Virus record (IMG/VR): IMGVR_UViG_3300028563_000011
Location: 46,592-110,591 of that record
Length of the DNA: 64,000 nucleotides
Direction: 5' to 3' (one strand)
From: a virus
Shown: positions 37,401 to 46,913 of the stretch, in pieces
How positions within the stretch are numbered: position 1 is the stretch's first letter
Layout: every line of letters starts with the position of its first letter
Notes under the pieces: model-generated
What the model was told of the DNA's origin: nothing
Databases searched by the model: none
Seen by the model: the letters and a program-made list of their open reading frames with translations, nothing else
Translations under genes and position numbers: made by a program

Positions 37401-37934
37401 TACAAAATCAACAACATCTGGGTGCCAAATAGCAAGTGTCCCCATCATAGCTCCACGACGATGTCCTGCAGACATAATCGTATTAGAACTATGATGCCAC
37501 ATATCCATAAAAGGAAGAACACCTGAGGATTGTGAACTTGTACGTTTTACAACGGCTCCATTAGGACGAATAGTGGAAAAATCCATACCAATTCCACCCC
37601 CCATCTGCAAAGTAATAGCTGCAACTTTTAGGCTATCCATAATACCCAAACCAAGGCGGTCTGGCTCGGTATCCATAGAATCTTGAATATCAGGGGAGAC
37701 AAAACAATTAATTAGCGTAACACGTTTATCTGTTCCTGCTCCGGCATGTATACGCCCAGCAGGAATAATAGTACGAGCTCGCAAAGCTTCCAAAGCCTGA
37801 ATCCTAGCATTGGTATTGGGGTCTTTAGAATAAATACAATTAACAATACGCTGAAACGTATCCTCAATATTAGCCTCATCCCCATAGCGGTACTTCTCGC
37901 TCCAAGTATCAAGGGTTATCTGCTGCTTAGCCAT
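34401..37934 (-). CDS. nrdJ: Class II (B12-dependent) ribonucleotide reductase with intein
   Basis: PAGRI, TLINCFV, RRGAMM, NP|CGEQ active site, APTGTIS, SAISKTIN and GLKGCTTYR; C-terminal TSCPD and zinc ribbon; no ATP cone. Confidence 0.92.
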   Translation of the reverse strand: MAKQQITLDTWSEKYRYGDEANIEDTFQRIVNCIYSKDPNTNARIQALEALRARTIIPAGRIHAGAGTDKRVTLINCFVSPDIQDSMDTEPDRLGLGIMDSLKVAAITLQMGGGIGMDFSTIRPNGAVVKRTSSQSSGVLPFMDMWHHSSNTIMSAGHRRGAMMGTLAIWHPDVVDFVLAKREKGKLTNFNISVLVTDAFMEALENDKDWDLYFTVPRADNNHVDVYERDGQTHYVYKRLKARELWNLIIENTYIYAEPGILFIDRVNTWNNLYYCEHIHCCNPCVVGETLIAVAGRGSVTIQQLADEGKDIPVFAVDPQSGETIVRWGRNPRLTRKNAELVKVVLDDSSCLKVTPDHKFPLRDGGEVEAKDLREGDSLFRHDQILTKWGDVSVTRFGGGVKTPEYHLIAEAKYGRKFDWGRKRGQYHCHHVDGNHQNNDWDNIEVKLAEDHNRDHKLGDNNPMRFWWQGLTEEQKQVYRNNMSASISGESNGMWGKQHSVETKRKIGDKTIERNQDPDYFEGWKQSVKEGWTEEHRETLSISMSKLAFNFEKVCKGCGKAFVVRAKSLETGAGKRKCCSRKCAMVLASQASANRSLEEKLETGRKHSLKMKGRKHSAEHTAKVALSRRTGEFRAGSGSNHKVVLVQPCGYGDVYNLTVDEFHNYAVITSSNFVERYENQALSGIKISNCGEQMLPANGDCNLGHVNLAVMVKDPFTSSPRFDYDALRTAATSLVRFLDNVLDETRFPTEAQREEALNKRRLGIGYTGLANALQQLRVAYGSTTAIQLTKKITKELCYAVYRASIELAKERGPFPLFDRIKYTLGKFVQTLPKDIIGDIQKYGIRNALLMSIAPTGTISLLAGNVSSGIEPVFLHNYERKVLGPDGTKKTYEVYDYGYLQYHEVTSPHSPIGSIEVPEYFVTAKDLTVDQHLEMQAAAQEFVDSAISKTINCPTEMSFEDFKEVYTKAYKLGLKGCTTYRPDPRSERGEVLSEKKEAPIVPLEKVPMQEVLDGRRYRIKWPLSDNALYININDYIDQKGQRRPFEIFINSKNSEHEEWIKALSLLITAIFRREVDSSFIIEELKQVCSARGGTWYKQKYVNSLVAAVGFTIEEHFRWLELIPPEQDVFKLPENLEGKFQVTDSTNLHGTKCTKCGGFTVIKQSSCWVCINCGDSKCG
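35868..37082 (-). mobile_element. Intein (405 aa) with HNH endonuclease, inserted in the NrdJ active-site NP^CGEQ
   Basis: Begins CVVGETLI; block B VTPDHKF; HHVDGNHQNN (HNH); block F VYNLTVDEFHNY; ends KISN before Cys+1. Confidence 0.9.
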
Positions 37935-38044
37935 AGGACTTCTTCCCTCTAGGGTTGTTTGGAGGATACACTACCGCTAATTAGGTACAACGGGTTTTTC
38001 GTTATACCTAACAGATTGTGAACTGAAGCTGAAATCCTAATAGA

Positions 38045-38551
38045 TTAAGTAGCCTCAAGCTGATCGTCTGCAATGAGGACTTTAGTCTTCCGACCTAAAA
38101 TATCTAGTAATACTTGTTGGCGCTCTTTATCGGCTTGACCATAATAAATCCCTTGCCTATTAACAAAGGCTCCGTCAGTTATTCTGACACTTTGACCTGG
38201 GATAAACCTAGGCTTTGGTAATACTACCAAGCCTTGCTCATCCTCTTTGGATCGAAGTTGTTGGATAACATCATCAGGTAGTATTGCTGGTTTATCTCCA
38301 TTCAATACTACCCCTATAACTCCATAAGTATTCATCAAAAACTTCCATTGCTCATCCGTCTGGACAAACAAATAACTAGTAAATAAAGGCCGGGAAACTG
38401 CAAGGGTTCTCCCACCTTTCGTAACTATAGAACTAATGCTTGGAAGATAAGGTATACGACCTTGACGCGCTACATTTTCTGCAGCCCACTTCTCACGATT
38501 AGGCTTAGTCCGAACGACTAACCACTGAAGTGTTTGATTTCCGTCGCCCAT
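38045..38551 (-). CDS. NusG/RfaH-family transcription antiterminator
   Basis: WLVVRTKPNRE...PLFTSYLFV...TYGV (NGN domain) and GQSVRITDGAF (KOW). Confidence 0.88.
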   Translation of the reverse strand: MGDGNQTLQWLVVRTKPNREKWAAENVARQGRIPYLPSISSIVTKGGRTLAVSRPLFTSYLFVQTDEQWKFLMNTYGVIGVVLNGDKPAILPDDVIQQLRSKEDEQGLVVLPKPRFIPGQSVRITDGAFVNRQGIYYGQADKERQQVLLDILGRKTKVLIADDQLEAT

Positions 38552-38608
38552 GCCCCCAGCTTACCCCCTAAAACCTTCCCGATAAAGCCTTTTATATGCT
38601 TCACAAGT

Positions 38609-39625
38609 CTAACCATACTTCTTACGCGTAGGCTTAAATCTTCCCTCCACTTCTTCCCAAGCGTTAATCACTGCCAAACTAACATCTCTTACCAATTTTC
38701 TATAGTCCTGAGTGCTTAAACCATCACTCTCTGCAATAAACCTATCCACCATAGCAGGTGTTAAGTCAATATCCCCAAGATGCTTAACCTCTTCTAGCCA
38801 ATCCAAACTCGCTACAAGATCATCTACCCCATACCCAAAGCGAATAGCAAACTCACATTCCCCAAACGGAACAGTTACTTTGTTCTTTTTACAATTTGCC
38901 TTTATACGCACACCAATTGCTCGCTTAACTCCACCAATTGTCTTAACAATACGCTTCAAGTGAGAAAGCCAAATAATATGGCTCGCATAAAAGTCCAGAG
39001 CCTTGCCTCCAGAACGAGTATGCTTTTCTCCAACCACAAACCCTATTTTGTCTCTAACTTGGGAAATAATGATAACTGCAATGTGAGCTTTCTTTAATTC
39101 TCCAGCAATCTCACAAAACATTTCACTTAAAAGCTTTTGCTTATCTAACCGAAAAGATCCTTGATCCAAATCGCGGCCAACACCAGCACGAGCGCCAACA
39201 GCATCGAGGGAATCAATAATATACAAGCCAGGAACATCATTCTCAATAGAGAACTTAATACACTCCCGAATATCTTCATAGATATCTTCAATCGTTTGCC
39301 AAAGGGAATCTTCCCCTTCCGGACCAAAGTCCACACGATCAATCGGGAGACCTAGAGACTGAGCATAAAAAGTATCGAAAGCCGCTTCAGATTCTCTGTA
39401 CCATATCTTACCAGTAGGGAAGAGATTTGCAAAGTTAGCAACGGCTTCAATCGCGAGCAAAGTTTTACCAACGGACTTATCTCCAACAATGTTAGCAACC
39501 CGACCAAGACACCATCCTCCGCCTAAGACACAGTCTAAAACTGTACATCCTGTTGAAAAGAACCGTTTGTTATTCCTGCCGGGGAAGTAATCTCCCCCAG
39601 CAGATACCTGTACACGCTCAGCCAT
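38609..39625 (-). CDS. RecA/UvsX-like recombinase
   Basis: STGCTVLDCVLGGG, GDKSVGKT, IIDSL, ISQVRDKIG and SGGKALDFYAS. Confidence 0.92.
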   Translation of the reverse strand: MAERVQVSAGGDYFPGRNNKRFFSTGCTVLDCVLGGGWCLGRVANIVGDKSVGKTLLAIEAVANFANLFPTGKIWYRESEAAFDTFYAQSLGLPIDRVDFGPEGEDSLWQTIEDIYEDIRECIKFSIENDVPGLYIIDSLDAVGARAGVGRDLDQGSFRLDKQKLLSEMFCEIAGELKKAHIAVIIISQVRDKIGFVVGEKHTRSGGKALDFYASHIIWLSHLKRIVKTIGGVKRAIGVRIKANCKKNKVTVPFGECEFAIRFGYGVDDLVASLDWLEEVKHLGDIDLTPAMVDRFIAESDGLSTQDYRKLVRDVSLAVINAWEEVEGRFKPTRKKYG

Positions 39626-39638
39626 TTGGTTTTAGCCT

Positions 39639-40769
39639 TTAAGACCGAGTACGGCTACGCAACCGCTCCAAACCACGACGGGCTTGGGTTTCCGGCGGAG
39701 CGTCTTTGTCTCCTACATCAGAGTCGGTAGGATCGTCCTCCACGACCGCACGTCGGGTGGAAGGCCGCTCCCTCGCGGCGGGCTCGTTTACCTCCCCAGC
39801 GGGCTCCTCTGAGGCCGTACGACGCACTCTAGAACCGCGCTCCCCTTCATCGAAGGGAGGGTCTTGTGTGGTCTCTACAGTTGCACGCCTCGATCCATTT
39901 GTACCACTACGACGTGAGCCTTCTGTTTCGTCCAGATCAGCAGAACGACGTACAGGCGTACCCCTCCGAGACTCAGTTTCATCCACAACGTCATCAGTTG
40001 ACTCGGAACGCCTAGAATTACGCCGATTGCTTGTTTCGTTAGCCTCCTCACTCGTCTTAGACTTAGATTTGCCCATCAAAACCTTCTGGATGTAATCATA
40101 GTCGTAATACTGCAATACATCAGGAAGGGGGTGGTCCATAATGTAGTCAACCCAACGGTCCTGAAGCTTTTCATTGTTGTGGATAGGAGAGGGATCCCTA
40201 CTAACCTCAACCCCAAGATAATTGGTATTTTCCTTGTTTGTCCCTTCACGATTAAAATTAATGTCGTAACCCTCTTCAGGATCATCCAACAAAATTGGAG
40301 TATTGGTCTTCTTGTCAATACTCCGTGCTACGATGTCTCGGAAAAGCTTACCACCAAAATTCCAAACCTGTGGTCCAGCTTTCTCGTCTCCCCGATCCAA
40401 AGCCCAAGCCAACCCTCGCCAAGCAGGACGCAACTGATCCTTCTCGTCCTCATCACGGGTCTCTGCCCGAGCTTCACAGCAAGGACAAGGTTTACCCAAC
40501 ATCTTTTCAAGACAAAGGTAAGCTGCACTATCAGAACCAATATTATAATGCAACCAAACCTGGATTTCCCAAGAATCCCCCCATCTCTCCATATCTTCCC
40601 AAGTCGGGGGGAGAATTCGGATTGATACCTCACCTTCCTTAACCTTTAATTGGGTGTATTCCGACTTGATATAACTATCGTAAGAACTTGAAGCCTGCTT
40701 CGCCCGCCGAGTAACCCCCTCAACAGAACGCTCAGCCCCTCTATATACAAAACCTTTACTCTTTGTCAT
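39639..40769 (-). CDS. Single-stranded DNA-binding protein (gp32-like)
   Basis: IRILPP, H...C...CPCC zinc motif, DPEEGYD and a long charged tail. Confidence 0.75.
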   Translation of the reverse strand: MTKSKGFVYRGAERSVEGVTRRAKQASSSYDSYIKSEYTQLKVKEGEVSIRILPPTWEDMERWGDSWEIQVWLHYNIGSDSAAYLCLEKMLGKPCPCCEARAETRDEDEKDQLRPAWRGLAWALDRGDEKAGPQVWNFGGKLFRDIVARSIDKKTNTPILLDDPEEGYDINFNREGTNKENTNYLGVEVSRDPSPIHNNEKLQDRWVDYIMDHPLPDVLQYYDYDYIQKVLMGKSKSKTSEEANETSNRRNSRRSESTDDVVDETESRRGTPVRRSADLDETEGSRRSGTNGSRRATVETTQDPPFDEGERGSRVRRTASEEPAGEVNEPAARERPSTRRAVVEDDPTDSDVGDKDAPPETQARRGLERLRSRTRS

Positions 40770-40904
40770 TTGACTCTCCTGTTAGTTTCATTACGGAACG
40801 CATGAACTCAAGCTTGGTGCGGAAGTAACCAATACTAGCAAAACGCGAGGAAACGTAAGCTAGTATCACAAAAAACAACCCTAGTATAATATAATCCCAC
40901 CAAA

Positions 40905-41456
40905 TCATAATTTTCCCTCTTCTCTAAGCCTTCGCTCTTCATCTTTACCGCGACGCTCTGCCCGCAACCGGCTGGCAGCGTTGTAATTATTCTCTGCTTG
41001 AGCATCCATAAAGTTCCGGTGAACTTTATGGGATCCCTTTTCGATGGAAAGGTTTTGCATCTGAGCAATACGTGAAGCCCCTAATTCCCGTATAATCCAA
41101 GATCTCTCCTTAAAAGACTCCTTCAAAGCTAACCAACGGTCTGCTAACAACCGTTTATCAGCATACTCCCGTGTTGCATCCTGTATCACAGGCACTAGAG
41201 TTAGCTGACGCTGAATCATTACCTCAGTTAGCTTTTGCTCAGACCTAATGGCTTCATCGCGTATATCTTTATCTACCTGCGCAGTAAGTTCTTCTAATCT
41301 CAATTTGGCAGCGTCTCGGTCTGCAATAGCTAAGGCTAGTTCATCTGCAGCTGAAAAGAACAATTGCGGGTGTTGCATAATACAACGGTCAAAATCGTCC
41401 TCATCAATGGCTAAACAACTCTTTAATTCTTCACGTTTGCTTGTACGAGCAATCAT
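40905..41456 (-). CDS. UvsY-like recombination mediator
   Basis: Helical protein with KLTE..I motif, adjacent to SSB and RecA. Confidence 0.55.
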   Translation of the reverse strand: MIARTSKREELKSCLAIDEDDFDRCIMQHPQLFFSAADELALAIADRDAAKLRLEELTAQVDKDIRDEAIRSEQKLTEVMIQRQLTLVPVIQDATREYADKRLLADRWLALKESFKERSWIIRELGASRIAQMQNLSIEKGSHKVHRNFMDAQAENNYNAASRLRAERRGKDEERRLREEGKL

Positions 41457-41704
41457 TATTTCTTCTCCTTTACAAACCTAGGAGCACCCTCCCTATTAAT
41501 CCCCAAAAAAGAAGCTAAAGACCTTGTGTAAGCTTGCTTGGTATCCAAATTTAAGTAGACAACCCAAAATTCCAAGTCAACTTCATTAGGGGCATCAGCC
41601 CATAACGGTAAAGACACAATGTGATACCGTATTCCCCTACGAGTATTAACCCAAATTTCACCGACCTTCGGTAGCTCTACGATCATTGTTTCTTCCCCCC
41701 ACAA
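41456..41704 (-). CDS. DUF1653-like protein
   Basis: Y.IV...VVY...YTRSLASF...PRF. Confidence 0.6.
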   Translation of the reverse strand: MWGEETMIVELPKVGEIWVNTRRGIRYHIVSLPLWADAPNEVDLEFWVVYLNLDTKQAYTRSLASFLGINREGAPRFVKEKK

Positions 41705-41904
41705 TCCACACCTTCCCTACCACACTCACGTTCATACTCTTCTTTAGAAGAAAGACTCATTAAGTGACCAGCAGCTTTGCTAAAAACGCCACTCCGTTGA
41801 TGAATCTCTTTATCACAAAATGCTGCAGAACTAACTCTTATGCGCTCAGTAACACTGCAAATGAATGCTCCACAAACAACAATCCAACAAACTAACGGTA
41901 CCAT
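41683..41904 (-). CDS. Hypothetical protein
   Basis: Small ORF. Confidence 0.35.
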   Translation of the reverse strand: MVPLVCWIVVCGAFICSVTERIRVSSAAFCDKEIHQRSGVFSKAAGHLMSLSSKEEYERECGREGVDCGGKKQ

Positions 41905-41919
41905 ACCTATACATACTCC

Positions 41920-42849
41920 TTACTGCTCGGTCAGTAATATCAACCGTCCGCAAGCTATCAACAACGGAGAGATATCTGTACTATTGTTAAAGGGGTCAGA
42001 AAAGGCACTCATAACCTCTAAAGCATGACCAGAAACCCCTTCATTGCTCGTTAGAGCTATTTTGGTACCATAAGCTACAATTATACGACGAACGGACTCA
42101 GCGTTGACTTCACTCATGCCAGAAAGGATACGTTGAACTTCCTTCCAATTTGTACCCTTAAACAAAGCCCGAGCTAACTCAATAGCAGCAGGAGAACCCT
42201 CTGCTGATTGCAGTAGTTCAGCGGCTTCTTTGGTTGTTGTAGCGGAAAAAGCAACAGCAATATTAGCCAGAAGCTGCCGAGCAGAACCTTGAGCTTCTTT
42301 AATGATTAGATCACCAACATCCTCATTTGTACCAAAACCTTCTGCTTCTATGACTTTATCGTAGAGTTCTCCTAATACCTTATTAGGTATACTTTTTAAG
42401 TCATAACTCAAACAACGGGTCTTTACCGTTGCTGGAACCTTATTAGCCTCAGTTGTACAAAGAAACCAATAAGCGTATTCTGGGGGTTTCTCCAAAGACT
42501 TAAGAAGAGATTGCCAAGCTGATTTCGATAACGCGTGACATTCATCAATAATAATTGCCCGAGTAGGACCGGACAAAGGTCGATACATCATATCAGTAGT
42601 GATGGAACGCATATCATCAATACCAGTAAAAGTCGCAGCATCAATCTCTTGCAGATCGGTAGGACTACAACCAACTTCATTGGCTACAATTCGAGCTAAG
42701 GTAGTCTTACCAGTACCAGAAGGACCAGTAAAAAGGAACACTCTCCCCGCTTTACGCTTCAGCGCAGACTGAATAGACTTCACAACTGAGTCTTGTCCAA
42801 CCACATCCTGGAACTTAGTTGGACGATACTTATTCAACAAATCGGTCAT
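41920..42849 (-). CDS. Clamp loader (DnaX gamma/tau-like AAA+)
   Basis: KYRPTKFQDVVGQ, GPSGTGKTT, IIDECH and TVKTRC. Confidence 0.9.
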   Translation of the reverse strand: MTDLLNKYRPTKFQDVVGQDSVVKSIQSALKRKAGRVFLFTGPSGTGKTTLARIVANEVGCSPTDLQEIDAATFTGIDDMRSITTDMMYRPLSGPTRAIIIDECHALSKSAWQSLLKSLEKPPEYAYWFLCTTEANKVPATVKTRCLSYDLKSIPNKVLGELYDKVIEAEGFGTNEDVGDLIIKEAQGSARQLLANIAVAFSATTTKEAAELLQSAEGSPAAIELARALFKGTNWKEVQRILSGMSEVNAESVRRIIVAYGTKIALTSNEGVSGHALEVMSAFSDPFNNSTDISPLLIACGRLILLTEQ

Positions 42850-42997
42850 TTTTCTCCCCTCTTAAGTTTTTCTAGGCGCTCTAATATGGTTAAAACCTTT
42901 CCAGATTCAATCCACAGTAGTACAAGTACCAAAAGTATTAAGATGAGTAAGGTCTCAATTAAAGACATGATCTTAACACCAATCACCACTTACCGGG

Positions 42998-45565
42998 CTA
43001 CCTACCTTTGAACCAAGAGTCAGAAGAGAACGTACCAAACTCAGTCATATCAGCCCAATTAGGGCCCTGTGAAAGCTCAACGGATATAGGAACATTGACA
43101 AAGTCAAATGGAACATCCAACATAATATCCAAAATCTTTTCTGCCAATATGTCTACACGACTTTCATCAATCCGTACCCAAGTTAAGTCATCATGGACAT
43201 TCAACTCAGGTTGAAGCTCAGGGTCTCCAGTTTCGGATAAGCGACACATAGCATCCATAACAATCTCAGCAGCGGTCCCCTGTATCGGGGAATTATAGAC
43301 CATATTTACGCTAAGTGGGCCATGTCTCCGTCGTCCGGTTAAGCACTCTACGTAACCATACTTATTGTAGAATTCTAATTGTTTCTGCTGCCAATTATAA
43401 ACACCTTCGTATTCTTGCCAGAAAGCATCGTAGTGTGGCCTTAAAACATCCACAGGGATATTCAAATACCCCGAAGCTGATTCAATTTTTGCTCCAAAGA
43501 ACAAGGGGAACGTCCACTCATTCTTAATGTCTCCACGGAAGGTCTTCATAACCTTCTTGTCTTTAAGGAATTGCTCCCCTCCTATTCTCCTAGGGTAAGA
43601 GTAAGCAATACGCTCAGCCCAATCCATATGCACATCATAATTCTCCCAAAGAGCCTTACAAAATGCTCTATCCCTTGTAGCCATAGCTATAACACGAGCT
43701 TCAATCTGCCCAAAGTCAATAGCTAGGATCGTATTACCCTTTAAGGCTTTAACAATACGCCGGAGCTCCTTAAGCTCCTCAGCGCGCTTGGGCCAGTTTT
43801 GCCAATTAGGAGATTCAGCACTAAGTCTACCTGTTTCTGCAAAGATTGTATTAAATATGCCATGAGACAACCCATCAGGGTAGATAATCTCGCTACCCAA
43901 CTTCATAGGTTCAATATAAGTTGACTTACACTTGGTATCCTTCCGTAAGCTAACAAGCAACTTAGCTAAGGGGTGGTTTATCTTTGCTAGAACTTCTTCA
44001 TCACAAGAATACTTTTCCTTCTTGGTAAATTTGTCAACAACAATACACTCATCACGTTTGAGCATATCGTAAAATACGTGAAGAGTATCAGGGTGTGAAG
44101 CTGGGTTGTAGTTCCTTCCAGTCTCTCTACGGAATTGTTGCACGACAGGAAGAGAAGCAATTTCTTCCTCAACCTTTTTAATTCTAGTCTCAAATTTCTG
44201 CCCAAGAACATTAACGGTTTCTTGGTCTATCGGAATACCCTTCATTTGGGTAAGCACAACTGTAGGCACTCTACGTAAAGACAACTCATAGACATTCATT
44301 AGGTTTTCGCGCTCTAATTCCTCCTCAAGCTGCTCCCAAAGCTTGGTATGATACTTAGAATCCAGAGCATTATAGCGTAAAACCCTATGAAGTTCTTGCT
44401 TGTCTAAATTCTTTCTATCAACATTTGATATCTTCTTTAGGTTAAATCCAAAGTAACGCTGGACCAAAAACTCCAAAGCAAAACAACCTGGCTTACCCTT
44501 TCCTTTACGCTCATCTATAACCGACGCTGCACTTGCTGTATCCTCCCAAGGACTACAACGGAGGTACTCCTTACCAAAAAATACGCCTGTCCATTCCATC
44601 TCGAAAGAGAGATTATGGACAACCTTTACAGCTTTGGAGCGTAAAAACTGGCACCAATGATCAATAATTATTGCTTTTTGCTCAGAATTAAACTGAGCAC
44701 TGCGGTGATCGAATGGAAACGCAATACTTCTAATACCATCACTAACCGCAGCACTCAGTATCTTGGCCTTAGACTCATAAGGTCTAAGACAATTTGTTTC
44801 ATAGTCTAGACCAATAACCTTTTGAGTGGAAGCCCAACCCAACGCCTCAATTATTTTCTGAACCCCTTTGTCTCCACCTTCCAAGATTATCTCAACCCCT
44901 TCCAAGGCCTGCTCAGTGGTGTGACATTCTGGAACCGGTAACCCAACCTTAACCTCAGCAAAGGCTCGCTTCAAATCTAGAACAAAAATCCGCTCTTCTT
45001 CCGACCCAACAACTTCCAGGGAAGAACTCTTCTTCCGACCTTGTCGTAGTAAATACGCTGGATGTGTAAAAGGGTAGTACCAACAAGTATGGTTCCCAAC
45101 CCGAACAGGCATCTTACGCCCACGCCAAAGCGTTATGCCGGAAAGACCACTCACCCAATTTAGGGGGACATTACCAAAACCAAATATAGCTTCAGGCTTT
45201 GATAATTCAATATCCCTTGTAACCGAGGGCCGACAACATTCGATCTCAACACGTTCCGGCGTACGATTTTTAGGAGGCCTACTTCTTACAGTATTGTTCC
45301 ACCTTAGATGCTTTTCCCAGTATTTAGGAACACGCGGCCGTAAAAGTTGTCCACTCTCACCTATAAATTGTATACCTTCGTCAATCTCGTCGGCACCAGG
45401 GGCTTCCCCCAACATATAAATTTTAGGGCGTAAAGAACCAGTAGGTTCCATACGCCCCGGTTGAACACGTAATGGACAAGCTTTACATTCCAACCTATGG
45501 AGTAGGCCAGCCTCCTGCTTGGAGGCTACATCTCCCGATCCTTCATCTGAAAATAGTAGCCCCAT
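42998..45565 (-). CDS. Family A DNA polymerase with N-terminal family-4 uracil-DNA glycosylase domain and 3'-5' exonuclease
   Basis: GEAPGADE...F.GESG...HPAYLLR (UDG); DYET and HNLSFE (exonuclease); TGRLS, DFGQIEARV, IQGTAA and VHDDL (PolA). Confidence 0.92.
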   Translation of the reverse strand: MGLLFSDEGSGDVASKQEAGLLHRLECKACPLRVQPGRMEPTGSLRPKIYMLGEAPGADEIDEGIQFIGESGQLLRPRVPKYWEKHLRWNNTVRSRPPKNRTPERVEIECCRPSVTRDIELSKPEAIFGFGNVPLNWVSGLSGITLWRGRKMPVRVGNHTCWYYPFTHPAYLLRQGRKKSSSLEVVGSEEERIFVLDLKRAFAEVKVGLPVPECHTTEQALEGVEIILEGGDKGVQKIIEALGWASTQKVIGLDYETNCLRPYESKAKILSAAVSDGIRSIAFPFDHRSAQFNSEQKAIIIDHWCQFLRSKAVKVVHNLSFEMEWTGVFFGKEYLRCSPWEDTASAASVIDERKGKGKPGCFALEFLVQRYFGFNLKKISNVDRKNLDKQELHRVLRYNALDSKYHTKLWEQLEEELERENLMNVYELSLRRVPTVVLTQMKGIPIDQETVNVLGQKFETRIKKVEEEIASLPVVQQFRRETGRNYNPASHPDTLHVFYDMLKRDECIVVDKFTKKEKYSCDEEVLAKINHPLAKLLVSLRKDTKCKSTYIEPMKLGSEIIYPDGLSHGIFNTIFAETGRLSAESPNWQNWPKRAEELKELRRIVKALKGNTILAIDFGQIEARVIAMATRDRAFCKALWENYDVHMDWAERIAYSYPRRIGGEQFLKDKKVMKTFRGDIKNEWTFPLFFGAKIESASGYLNIPVDVLRPHYDAFWQEYEGVYNWQQKQLEFYNKYGYVECLTGRRRHGPLSVNMVYNSPIQGTAAEIVMDAMCRLSETGDPELQPELNVHDDLTWVRIDESRVDILAEKILDIMLDVPFDFVNVPISVELSQGPNWADMTEFGTFSSDSWFKGR

Positions 45566-46605
45566 TACTCTTCATACGCGCCAAGGATATAGATCTCAGA
45601 ACTCTTACCAGTCAAAATCAAAGCAGTTTTACCTATAGCAAAACTAGTAGAACACCTTGACAGTTTAGTCAGCTGCTTCAACCCCAAAGCAATCTGTTCT
45701 GTTCCCCCTTCTTTTGCTAATACCAACTTTTCGTTCAAAGAACCTTGAGCCAATTTACCAGTAACACTTAATTCCTTCTTGTTTACAGAAAGCTTAACAT
45801 AATTCTCTTTAGGCCCAGCCAAAATATTAGCGCGGGATAAAGCCTCCCCAAGAAGTTCTGGAATATCAACAAAGTTGTCTGTATCAGAAGCGTGCGTGTC
45901 CAAGACATTGGGCAATTCGACAACATTCTCATTATCTAATAAGGTTGAACAAACCTGAATATCTCCTAAATTAGCTACAATCATGTCTTCAGTAAAGACA
46001 ACTTCATGACCTTCCTTTCCCAAGGAAATAAGTTGAGCAACAAATTTATGAGGCAATATCATCTTGTGAAGTTCAGGAGCAAACTTACCATCCACTTCAA
46101 CCGAGGCCAAAGCCTTGGAGTCAGTAGAATACAACCCTATAAAGTCTCGACTAGGGAACAACACTACACCGTAGTGTTCCGAACGCTTGGGTTGCTCAGC
46201 CTCCAATACACTAACAATCTTCAACCCCTCTATAAACTCTTTCGACAGATTAAACGAGAAAGACCCAGCTTTCTGGTCTGTAAATCCCCAAGGATTACTT
46301 GACTCAGCCATAATAGGGATAGAAGTCTTAGAGCGCCCCATTTGAACAACAAGTTCACCCTTAACTACATCCAAAAAGATCTCTTTAAGTGTTGAACTAT
46401 TAACCAAAGAAAGTAAGGTACTACCTAAAACCCCACCCTTAATATCTCCTTCAAAGGGTAACCTAATCCCTAAGCCACCATCATAAGCGTAAAGATATTT
46501 ACCATCAAACCAAAAGTGTTTAAGCTCAGGTATAGCCCCACCAGAAGAGAGAGCTGGCTTTAAGCTCTTGAGAGTTTCAGAGAAAGTACTGCGATCTACG
46601 TTCAT
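45565..46605 (-). CDS. Sliding clamp (DnaN beta-like)
   Basis: Size, repeated AYDG/STDS strand motifs, and position next to the polymerase and clamp loader. Confidence 0.7.
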   Translation of the reverse strand: MNVDRSTFSETLKSLKPALSSGGAIPELKHFWFDGKYLYAYDGGLGIRLPFEGDIKGGVLGSTLLSLVNSSTLKEIFLDVVKGELVVQMGRSKTSIPIMAESSNPWGFTDQKAGSFSFNLSKEFIEGLKIVSVLEAEQPKRSEHYGVVLFPSRDFIGLYSTDSKALASVEVDGKFAPELHKMILPHKFVAQLISLGKEGHEVVFTEDMIVANLGDIQVCSTLLDNENVVELPNVLDTHASDTDNFVDIPELLGEALSRANILAGPKENYVKLSVNKKELSVTGKLAQGSLNEKLVLAKEGGTEQIALGLKQLTKLSRCSTSFAIGKTALILTGKSSEIYILGAYEE

Positions 46606-46913
46606 TTGAATCCTGTTTCTTCTGGAGTACCCATAGGTAATCCTTTACGCACATTCATAACCATACGTGCTAATTGCCTTCTACTAATACTTAATGCTCC
46701 TAACTTTATAGCTTCCTTTCTCTTTGACTTTGTTATGTCATAATGATCCCCCTGATACCACTTACGTAAAACGCCAATACTATCCGCCATACTATGGAGT
46801 TCTTCCTCAGTATCAGCAATCATATGACACATAATATATGTCCGACCAGGAACATGTTTAAGCTTGAACTCGGCCTCCATATCGTCCACGTATACTGTCA
46901 TAACGCGGTACAA
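46602..46913 (-). CDS. DUF4031 protein
   Basis: VYVDD...MCHMIADTEEELH..A..IG...W.QGDHYD. Confidence 0.85.
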   Translation of the reverse strand: MYRVMTVYVDDMEAEFKLKHVPGRTYIMCHMIADTEEELHSMADSIGVLRKWYQGDHYDITKSKRKEAIKLGALSISRRQLARMVMNVRKGLPMGTPEETGFK

